A DNA stretch of 32,000 nt from Wallemia ichthyophaga EXF-994 (Eukaryota > Fungi > Basidiomycota), in contig NW_008806298.1 of the NCBI RefSeq assembly GCF_000400465.1, forward strand, positions 58,812-90,811, given 5' to 3'. A program made the translations under genes and the position numbers. Below are positions 23,464-32,000 of this stretch, one piece after another. The notes beneath the pieces were generated by a model. The model did no database searches, was not told the origin of the DNA, and worked only from the letters and a program-made list of their open reading frames with translations. Numbering within the stretch: position 1 is the stretch's first letter; the number at the start of each line of letters is the position of its first letter.

Positions 23464-24372
23464 ATGACGAGATCTAAATCTGAATCTAAAGCTGCTGAGG
23501 ATGAAGGTTGGACTTCTGCTTCTTCAACAAACGAAACTCCGGAGAAATCGCCGTCCGAGTCGCCGAGACTGACGCAGTCACAATCACAGCCTGATTTGAG
23601 TAGCTTACCTGGACAGCTGAAGCGTCTTAATTTAGTGAATGTCGGTGGCAATGGATGTAACGTTGAAGACCCTGAAGAGTCCGATGTAAACACACCAAAA
23701 CCGTCATCCAGCTATTCATTCACAAACGTACCACCTCGGCCATCATCGATAACGAGTACTACGTCATCTAAAGCACCGCCTTCTGTGTTCAAGATGAGTA
23801 GTCCACTCGCTCAAGTGGATACCAAAACGGTGGCACACGCTGCTGATTCACCGACTAACACGTCTACTACCAATCTACAAGACAATTTAGCAGCGAAACT
23901 TGGCTATAAAAGCTCATTGGGTGCTATTTCAAGGCAAAATATCGGTACACCAGCTCTACGAACACCACCCGCCAAGTCCCACCTCGTTATTAGCAATTTC
24001 ACACCCGCAGGAAGTCAGGACTTGCCACCGACGCCAACATACTCAAGGTTGACGACATACTCCAATCTTAAGAGCTCGCACACGGCGCTCCGTACTTTCT
24101 TCCATCCTCAGAAGGATTCGCTGGAGAGGTGTGGGCGATATGGCAAGTTCGATCCACCGCCCAAGTGGTTTGAGCCAGTGAAGAACAATCACCACCCATT
24201 TTTCCACCCACGCAAGCCAAACCAGCTGCGTAACCTGCCCAGGCCAAAATCAATGCATCCAGAATCTACACCGAAGCTGTCTCCCGGCAGCACGCGCAGT
24301 AGTTTCGGACAAGCGATATCAGGGGTAGTGAGCAAGAACCCGATCAATAGAGTTTTCAGTTATAACGACTGA
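23464..24372 (+). CDS. S/P/T-rich, largely disordered ORF of 302 aa with unknown function; possibly exon 1 of the downstream DUF726 gene
   Basis: Long stop-free frame from ATG 23464, in the same frame as 24373-26508 and separated from it by one TGA. Confidence 0.6.
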   Translation: MTRSKSESKAAEDEGWTSASSTNETPEKSPSESPRLTQSQSQPDLSSLPGQLKRLNLVNVGGNGCNVEDPEESDVNTPKPSSSYSFTNVPPRPSSITSTTSSKAPPSVFKMSSPLAQVDTKTVAHAADSPTNTSTTNLQDNLAAKLGYKSSLGAISRQNIGTPALRTPPAKSHLVISNFTPAGSQDLPPTPTYSRLTTYSNLKSSHTALRTFFHPQKDSLERCGRYGKFDPPPKWFEPVKNNHHPFFHPRKPNQLRNLPRPKSMHPESTPKLSPGSTRSSFGQAISGVVSKNPINRVFSYND

Positions 24373-24399
24373 TTGATGTATTTGTACTTTGATTTGATA

Positions 24400-26508
24400 A
24401 TGTCATCATGGCAGCAATCTGATAAGCCCGATCGACCCGAAAGGTCTGAGATCAGCAGCGAATTGCAGCTGTCGGCGGAGGTGTCTATTGCATTCGCCTG
24501 CGCTGCCAAGCTGAGCGCAATGGAGGTGTTGGAGCGTGCACCGCCAGCCCAGAAGGGGAATTGGGAGGTAGAGTGTAATGCGTGGCTTGAGCGCGTTGCA
24601 AAAATACTCAAAATAGACTACGAGAGTCTCCCTCCCGAGCCCACTCACCAGGCCATAAAGTGGCTGGCCTCAGAGATACCACCGCACACACACAAATCTG
24701 TAGTTCCGTCTTTCGTAATGGCCAGTCTGTCTCGGCAGAAGAACGACCTACCCGAATACACAGCTCTGAGCAGGGCGTGTATGCGTAGTATGCTCACCGT
24801 GCTCAGTATCGATCTACAGCTACTCAGAATGGCTGAATGCCAAACAGCGACGACGATCTGGATGACAGTAAAGGATAACCTCAACTCTGATTCTGAGAAA
24901 GCACGCTCTCAACGTGCCGATAAACAGAAGTGGATCAGATGGGCAGCTACAGGCACGGGAGTGGTCGTTGGTGGCGTTGTACTGGGATTAACTGGTGGTC
25001 TGGCAGCTCCTGCACTAGCACCGCTTTTCGCTGCTCTCCCTGCTCTTGGCTTCTTCGCTACAGGTGGAGGTGCTATTGCGATTGGCGTCATGTTCGGTCT
25101 CACTGGCGGAGGATTGGGTGGGTACAGAGTCGCTAGGCGGACCGCAGGTATTTCTGAGTTCAAATTCGTACCTTTGAAGAACGAGGTTTTGTTCGACGGC
25201 GCGCTTGGCAAGGGAAGCTTGCCGACACGCAAGGTGGATCCGGAATATAGACCGCCTTATGAAATTCGCAGCAAGTCGTCTTCATCGAACTCTTTAAGTA
25301 CGCTAGGTACGCCAACTGACAAGTATAAACCACCAGTGCCTCCAAAACCTCCAACTATAAAGGCTAAGTCTCAAGCAGAGGAGAGGAAGATAGCTAGCGA
25401 TATTCCAGCGAAGAGGCCAGTAAAGGCACCAGCAAAACAACCAGACACCTCATTTTCATTCAAAAAAATGGGCAACTCGTTTGAGCAGTTTGGGAGCAAA
25501 ACTATGTTTGGAATGCGCAAGTTTGGAGACACAATCAGCGACGGTGTGGCTAATATAGGTATCAACAACAAGACAGAGGAGGAAAAAGAGGCTGAAAGGG
25601 CGACAGAGAACGCAGAGGTAGCACCTGCAATGACAGCCACAGTCTGCGCCACCGGTCTGCTGCTCAACGCACCACAAGAGAGTGTGAATGTGTGGAGGGA
25701 GTCATTCGGTGACATTGCGAACGCGGAAGACGATCAGAGAGATGTGTATGCACTGACGACGGACGCTAGCTACTTTGTCGACGCAGGCAAGCAGATCAAT
25801 GGGTGGGTAATTGAGAAGATAATTAATATGGCCGGATCACAAATCCTGGGCGTAACAGCACTGGGTGCATTCATGGCGGCTACGGCTGTCCCGCTGGGTT
25901 TAATAAGCGCTACTGGAATGGTGATTGATAATGCATGGCAAGGTGCAGTAGACAGGGCTAAGAAGGCTGGCGATATTCTTTCAGATGTTATTAGAGATAG
26001 GGTGCACGGAAAGAGACCGCTCGCTCTAATAGGTCATTCTCTAGGCGCACTCATGCTCGTGAGAGCGCTGCTGAACCTGCCAGCACCTGACACACCAATT
26101 ATATCCACACTCACGCTCATCGCTCTCCCAGCCAGCCTGAGCGAGCAGGAGTGGCTACATTTGCGCGCTTTTGTGGCTGACGAAATCACAAACGCGTATG
26201 TACCGAATGATATAGTACTCGCTATGGTGTGTAGGCTGCACGAGGTGTTGACAATCAGGAATCCGAGGACTTCAGTCAGGGTTGCTGGGCTTGGACCTGT
26301 CAATGATGAGCAAGTTGAGAAAACCAAGGCAGATAATGAAGAGAATAAATCGCCAGATGGAACGAAAGCTGTTATTGAGCAAGTTGCTGTTTCTGGGCGT
26401 AAATCTCACATCCGAGATGTCGATTTGAGCGGAGTTCTGGAGGGACATTTTGATATTCTCGAGCCAAGCAAGATGAAACAAGTGCTTGAGGTTATCGATA
26501 TAGAGTAG
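24400..26508 (+). CDS. DUF726/TMCO4 family membrane alpha/beta hydrolase (yeast Mil1-like)
   Basis: Gly-rich TM hairpin GVVVGGVVLGLTGGLAAPALAP, IDNAWQGAVDRAKKAG and nucleophile elbow IGHSLG. The 5' end is uncertain. Confidence 0.85.
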   Translation: MSSWQQSDKPDRPERSEISSELQLSAEVSIAFACAAKLSAMEVLERAPPAQKGNWEVECNAWLERVAKILKIDYESLPPEPTHQAIKWLASEIPPHTHKSVVPSFVMASLSRQKNDLPEYTALSRACMRSMLTVLSIDLQLLRMAECQTATTIWMTVKDNLNSDSEKARSQRADKQKWIRWAATGTGVVVGGVVLGLTGGLAAPALAPLFAALPALGFFATGGGAIAIGVMFGLTGGGLGGYRVARRTAGISEFKFVPLKNEVLFDGALGKGSLPTRKVDPEYRPPYEIRSKSSSSNSLSTLGTPTDKYKPPVPPKPPTIKAKSQAEERKIASDIPAKRPVKAPAKQPDTSFSFKKMGNSFEQFGSKTMFGMRKFGDTISDGVANIGINNKTEEEKEAERATENAEVAPAMTATVCATGLLLNAPQESVNVWRESFGDIANAEDDQRDVYALTTDASYFVDAGKQINGWVIEKIINMAGSQILGVTALGAFMAATAVPLGLISATGMVIDNAWQGAVDRAKKAGDILSDVIRDRVHGKRPLALIGHSLGALMLVRALLNLPAPDTPIISTLTLIALPASLSEQEWLHLRAFVADEITNAYVPNDIVLAMVCRLHEVLTIRNPRTSVRVAGLGPVNDEQVEKTKADNEENKSPDGTKAVIEQVAVSGRKSHIRDVDLSGVLEGHFDILEPSKMKQVLEVIDIE

Positions 26509-26624
26509 TAGTAGCCGCTTTTGATATTTCCTTGATCTTGCTTTTTTGTAGAAATATGCATTTTTCTTTATTGTCACAATCGACTTAATCGGATGACTTC
26601 ATCGGATCCTATTCACATACGGCG

Positions 26625-28489
26625 ATGGCACAGTTGACAGACTTTAGGCGAGGTGAGTGCAGCCTTGTGCATCTGCTTGCAGCAACTCAGACTGGCTAGA
26701 AATCGACAGCATCCACGAGCAAGCTATCAAGGCACAGCGTGAAGCTGGCCACGTGAAGTGGATCGAGGCAGGAAAGCAGCAAGCAAAAGCAGCGAAATCC
26801 CATAAGACACCGGACGCAGAATTCGACAAACTCAGTTTGGATAAGGAGGATAGTGGCGATTCAGTGGATATCAACGCAAACAACGCCGTTGAATTACTCT
26901 TATCTACAGATCCTCCTATAGACAGCATGGGGAGGTATGTAGAAGATTGTATAAGACTATCACGCGGGGAATGCGTCGCCTGTATTGGCAATAAGGACGA
27001 CGATGTATTCATCTCAGGCACCCTCTCCTTCGAGCAGACGCTAGCTATTCTCAAACAGCTCAAAAAAGCTTGCAAATCCGTCGATTGCGGTCTCGGTGTC
27101 CTCTATCAGCGTGTCTCAGACGATGAACAAGAGGCAGTGATTAAAATCATCCTGCGTAGACTACCAAGCTCGCCTGAACTATTTCAAGAAGTTAGGTTGG
27201 CAGTTTGCGGGAATGTTGACGCCGGTAAATCAACACTGCTCGGCATTCTCTCCAGAGGTGGTCTCGACGATGGTAGAGGCAAGATGCGTGTCAATCTGTT
27301 TCGTCATAAGCATGAAATTGACAGCGGCAGAACTAGTTCAGTTGGTTTGGAGATAATGGGATTCGATCATGAGGGCAATGAAGTCCAGTCGTATTCACAG
27401 AAGCACAGTTGGGATGAAGTGTGCAAGAAAAGTAGCAAAATTGTTTCATTTATAGATTTAGCGGGTCATGAGAGGTACTTGAAGACGACGATATTCGGTA
27501 TGACTGGTACACAGGTTGGTTTGGTGTATTATATTTGCATGTCCACTAACACGAACCAGCCTGACTACGCAGCACTCATCGTGGGTGCAAACGCAGGTCT
27601 TGTCGGTATGTCAAAGGAGCACTTGGCAATTTCACTCGCTCTAGATGTCCCAGTCTTCATTTGCGTGACCAAGATCGACATGGCGCCGCAAAATGTACTA
27701 GAACAAACACTAAAGCAACTGTCAAAGATACTCAAGAGTCCAGGATGTCGAAAAACACCAGTTTTCATACGTTCAAAGGAGGAAGCAGCGGATATATCAA
27801 CTAGATTCGTTAGTGAGAGGATTGCACCAATATTCTTAATTTCTAGTGTGACAGGCAGTGGAATACCACAATTAAAGACATTCCTCAATGTTATTCCGCC
27901 TGCATCAACAGGGCCCGATTTGATTGAGCAACCATTAGAGTTCATGATCAATGACGTCTACTCAGTTCCATATGCTGGAACGGTTGTGAATGGTATTGTC
28001 AACGCAGGAAGCATCCGCCCGAATGATACGGTTATGGTTGGACCAGACAGTCTCGGCAACTTTATAACAACTGCTGTGAAATCAATGCAGCGGAAGAGGG
28101 CGAATGTGAATGTGGCAGAAGCTGGACAGTCAGTGTCACTAGCGTTGAAGCGTGTTAGAAGGAATAACGTGCGAAAGGGACAGGTAGTGATTGCAAAGAC
28201 AGAACCACCACCTAAAGCGTCGTGGAGGTTTGTTGGAAACATACTAATACTCTACCACTCAACCACAATCAAACAATCGTATCAGGCGATGGCCCACATT
28301 GGTTCGGTTCGACAGACCGTCAAAGTTGTTGGACTGGATAGTGGAAATGGATTGCTGAGAACGGGTGATAGAGCATCAGTAGTGTTTGAATTTATCAAGG
28401 GGCCTGAGTACATCAAGGAGGGAATGCAGTTGCTGTTTAGAGAGGGACGAACGAAAGGGTTGGGTGTTATATCTAAAGTGATTGATTAA
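26625..28489 (+). CDS. GTPBP1/GTPBP2-like translational GTPase, about 590 aa
   Basis: G1 GNVDAGKST, FRHKHEIDSGRTSS, G3 DLAGHERY, G4 TKID, followed by EF-Tu-like domains II and III. Short first exon from 26625, intron from 26653 (acceptor 26690 or 26699), in-frame intron 27515-27559. Confidence 0.9.
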
Positions 28490-28559
28490 GTTTGTGTCAG
28501 CGTGTGTTAGCACTTGTTCATATGTGTGTATCTCCCTCATCGTAACGGTCATCATTGAA

Positions 28560-28814
28560 ATGCTCAGCGACGACAACAAAGTAGGTGTTATAAATTGAAT
28601 AGTAGTGCCAGGCTTATTAATAACTAGGAGCGTATCACCAAAGCTGTTGAAGTGGCAAAGGTTGGCTAACCCAGTGCATCTTCTTAACGACAACTAACCA
28701 ATAGCTTTCTAGGTAGCTGCACACTGGGGATGGGTACCATTCGTTATCTACGTTGGATTCGTCAGAGCCAATCCAAAGCCAAGTATGATCAAGCTTCTCA
28801 GTCCACTTGCTTAA
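28560..28814 (+). CDS. TOM7: Mitochondrial import receptor subunit Tom7, 51 aa, 3 exons
   Basis: Exons 28560-28580, 28628-28660, 28713-28814 give MLSDDNKERITKAVEVAKVAAHWGWVPFVIYVGFVRANPKPSMIKLLSPLA*, with Tom7 hallmarks KERI, HxGxxP..IYxG and LLSPLA. Not in the ORF track. Confidence 0.92.
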
Positions 28815-28840
28815 AAATATTCAAATGTATAATGATTCAA

Positions 28841-29748
28841 TCAGTTTATATAGCGTACTGCATTTTTATTACGTACATAACTCAAAGCACTTGCCACTGT
28901 TGTACAACCTACAGTCCACTGGATGGCCTGGAGGAGTAGACTTATATCGTATCCGATGAGTGGACTAACAGTGGTTGTGCCCATGAGGATGAGTTGTAAG
29001 AAGGTGTTGTACTGGTGAAATCGTGTTAGCTGGGCTTATTGAGTTGCCATGGACAAACCTTGCTGATATTGGTTGGATTTACTTGAGCTGATGGAATACT
29101 AAAATCCCAATATCTGCTCAATGTTTTCTAGAAGTTGTTTGAAATTGTTTGGTGCCTATAAATTCAACTCACTGGCTCTGGTAATGATGCATAGCGTATG
29201 TAAAACGCTGACAGACTCAACCCGATATCTCTTCCAAGTATAATGAATGCTAAAGGGAAAGGTATCATTCCGGCGTAGGTGAGAGTGCAAGTGAGAGTTG
29301 CTGGGTTGTGTTTGAGTGATTTAGGTGTGTTGATAAGCAGAACACACTCATTAAAGCCTTATCAGCAGCAGGATCTAAAATACTCCCAAGGACGGTACCC
29401 ATGTTGTATCTCCTTGCTAAGAAGCCATCAACCTAACACGCCAATGAGATACACTCCCAATAACTCGATAATCTGATAACGCACACCATCTGATACGCCT
29501 GCGTAGAGGAGGATAGCAGTGGCAGTGTGGTAATCGTGGTTGCATATAGAATAGCCCAATGGGATGCAGCTGAGTATTCTCGATGCAGTTAAAGCGTTTG
29601 GGATTGTCCAGATGTTCTCATGTCTGTCGTGTCTGTCGTGTGTATCGGGTGAATTCGAATAAAACCGCGTAAAGCGTGTTGAGCGTTTAGAAAGCGGAGT
29701 AATTCTAGTATTTCCAATTAAATTTAAACACCCAAATCTCCTCAACAT
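28841..29748 (-). CDS. CRD1: Cardiolipin synthase (CDP-alcohol phosphatidyltransferase), about 238 aa, 5 exons
   Basis: Introns 29433-29484, 29301-29347, 29128-29172 and 29012-29058. Arg-rich presequence, ENIWTIPNALT and DGVDGFLARRYNMGTVLGSILDPAADK. Confidence 0.92.
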
Positions 29749-29813
29749 GATTGTAATCTCTTAACGAAGATCTTCCAACAGCCAACAACAGCCAACAACG
29801 GCCAATAAGAAGA
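29749..29813. promoter_or_regulatory. 65-bp putative bidirectional promoter of CRD1 and UTP6, containing a short CCAACAACAG-type repeat
   Basis: Divergent ATGs at 29748 and 29814; ccaacag ccaacaacag ccaacaacgg ccaa at about 29775-29805. Confidence 0.55.
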
Positions 29814-31767
29814 ATGTCAAATATCTCAATGGCTATGGAGCAAATGCTCCCGGAATTCAAAGATTATGAAAAAAAGAATTTATTTACAAAGGTTTGGGAA
29901 ATACATGGTGTAGATATCATCACTCACACACTCACAGCTTGAAATCAAGAGCATCGCTGCAAAGCGCAAGAAGCTTGAAACTGCGCTTGGGAAGAAGACT
30001 CCTTGTCAGTCTGATTACCTCAAGTACATTGAATATGAAATTACACTCGAGAATCTAAAGAGGAAGCGTATGACAAGGTTGAAAATAGCTCTCACTCCTT
30101 CGCCTGCTCTCTACGCTATCCAAAAGAGAATCCTTCAGCTATTCGATAAGGCTACAAATAGATTCAGGAACGATATTTCCTTGTGGTTAAAGTTCATCGA
30201 ATATCTGAAGAAATCTGGCGCTAATAAACTTCTGACCAAGACATTCGCGAAGGTCATCAATTTACATCCATCCAATCCTCAGCTATACATATTGGCTGCT
30301 TCTTGGGAGCTCAACATCAACATCAGTCCTCACAGCGCTAGAACTCTCTTACAAAGAGGTTTAAGGTTGAATTCTTCCAGTTTGGATTTATGGTTGTCGT
30401 ATGCCAGAATGGAATTGGTCTTTGCTGAAAGACTCAGGCGACGTCTCGAGTTTGATCAAAATTTTACTGAGAATACTGACCCCAGTGAAGGCGTTGAAAA
30501 TGACTTAAACCAAGAAAATACCGATGAAGCTAACAATAGCATCAAGTTCAACTCTAACGAATCTGACAACAAGGTCATGGATGGCGCTATTCTTATCGCT
30601 ATCGTTGACAACGCTAGAAAGACTATGCCTTCGGAATCTCAGTACGCCTTTTTTAGCTCTCTCGTCACTCTAATTAGAGAATTTCCTCTACCAACCATCG
30701 TCAAACACTCCCTCCTTAATCACACATACCAATCCCTCAGACTCGCTTTACCTCATGACGCCGATGCTAGGCTCATGATTGCTGTAAGAGCTGTTGAGAA
30801 TGCTCCAGAGGAAGCCGGCGTTCTCGATAAGGTTCAAGGTTTAGATGTTGCGTGCAACGCCCTAACCACTGCTATGGTTGAGCTCCAGCAACCTCTCATG
30901 TCTCAAAAGGGTCTCATCTGGCTCATTCAACGTTATCAAGATGAGCAAGACATCAATCTTAAGCAGTATCTCAATCACTTTATCACCACTTCCTTCAAGA
31001 GCACAAAATCCAAAAAGCTTCTCACCTCAGAAGCCTACCTTGCATACCTCAACCACCTGCGGTCATCAGGCGAAAGTGAGGATAACATTATTAATCTAGT
31101 TGATCATGCGTTATCAAGGTATCCACAATCACCACAACTGCATTTGTTCAAATTGGACCTCCAGCCATCTACAAAAGCATACCAAGAAGCGCTCCAAATG
31201 TGCCCAACGGTGTGGGAGCTGTATGAACGCTATGTGTACTACTCCCTCAATGATCTCGACTCTACAGCTATCCTAAGGCTGTTTGAGAAACTCGTCGCCG
31301 ATTCAATTCAAGGTGCAGCACTCATCAGAGCCAACGCTGAGGAATACGAGAATGGAAACCTCACTATACACGACAGACTGCTGAAAGTATTCGTCGAGAC
31401 TAACGCATCTCATAATTTCACTCCACTGTCTCCTCGTCAGCTATTTCCTGCATCGTTTGTGACAAACCCATCACCAAAGTTCTTTGAATGGATACTGTCA
31501 CTAGATAGTGGTATGAGCGAGGATCTCACCAAGAATTTGTTCAGAAAGTGGTCTGAACACCCTCAATCGGATAGCGTACAGGTTAGTTTGAGTAATCTCA
31601 AATGGTTGCTATCCATTAATCAAAGCTCACTCGCTTTTAACACGTTCAACTCTACCCTTGCTCACCTCACAAGTGATTACGATAAGGTGCGACTTGAGGG
31701 TGGATGGCAGCATCTTTTGAATGGTGAGAAGAAGGAAGATAATGACAACACGCTTATGGAAGAGTGA
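29814..31767 (+). CDS. UTP6: U3 snoRNA-associated protein 6 (HAT repeats), about 635 aa
   Basis: Intron 29892-29937; MEQMLPEFKDYEKKNLFTKLEIKSI, DYLKYIEYEITLENLKRKR and ARTLLQRGLRLNSSSLDLWLSYARMEL. Confidence 0.9.
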
Positions 31768-32000
31768 TTAAATTTGTATGCATTTATTTATTGCTTTTAG
31801 ACTGTCACTGTTTTCAGGCTGAAAAATAGACAAAGGTCACTCCAAATAAGTCGAAAGAAAGATAATTATACTAGAAATTGTGTTTAAGCCGGATATAAAG
31901 TGTTAATCAAGGCTATTTGTAATACATCTTCATCTGTATATGAGTTTCTATTTGTTTAGAATGTTTTGAAATTGCTGAATTAGTGTTAAGGTTTGGGCTT

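Noticed and set aside
24370-24372. In-frame TGA as selenocysteine
   Set aside because: Dikarya lack the Sec machinery, the context is not a redox motif, and the surrounding T-rich sequence looks intronic or UTR-like.
28376-28939. ORFs 28376..28693 (-) and 28730..28939 (+)
   Set aside because: Off-frame or antisense reads of GTPBP1-like, TOM7 and CRD1 exons.
31768-32000. AT-rich end of the window, possibly the 3' end of a convergent gene
   Set aside because: Only short minus-strand frames without recognisable motifs; cannot be called from this window.

Overview
Eukaryotic, intron-containing and very gene-dense DNA from a basidiomycete-type fungus. Introns are mostly 43-57 nt and intergenic gaps about 25-370 bp, which resembles the compact Wallemia genomes; the genus is an inference, not verified. 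I reconstructed 19 protein-coding loci by hand, checking GT-AG boundaries and reading frames: TRM10-like (partial), TSC2, EMC4, ERG2, prefoldin-2, VID27, a triple-KH RNA-binding protein, an NRPS-like A-T-R reductase, MRPS16, MGR2/ROMO1, NudC, CLU1, GYP1, a DUF726/TMCO4 hydrolase, a GTPBP1-like GTPase, TOM7, CRD1 and UTP6, plus one orphan ORF that may be the 5' exon of the DUF726 gene. TRM10, MGR2 and TOM7 are absent from the ORF track. Most genes are housekeeping. The main oddities are a GC-rich stand-alone carboxylic-acid-reductase-like gene, a 1-nt frameshift inside a 12-bp coding repeat of VID27, a single in-frame TGA between two long ORFs, a 5-nt micro-exon, and very short head-to-head promoters. 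I found no tRNA, rRNA, transposon or CRISPR array, and no clear evidence of a new multi-gene system.
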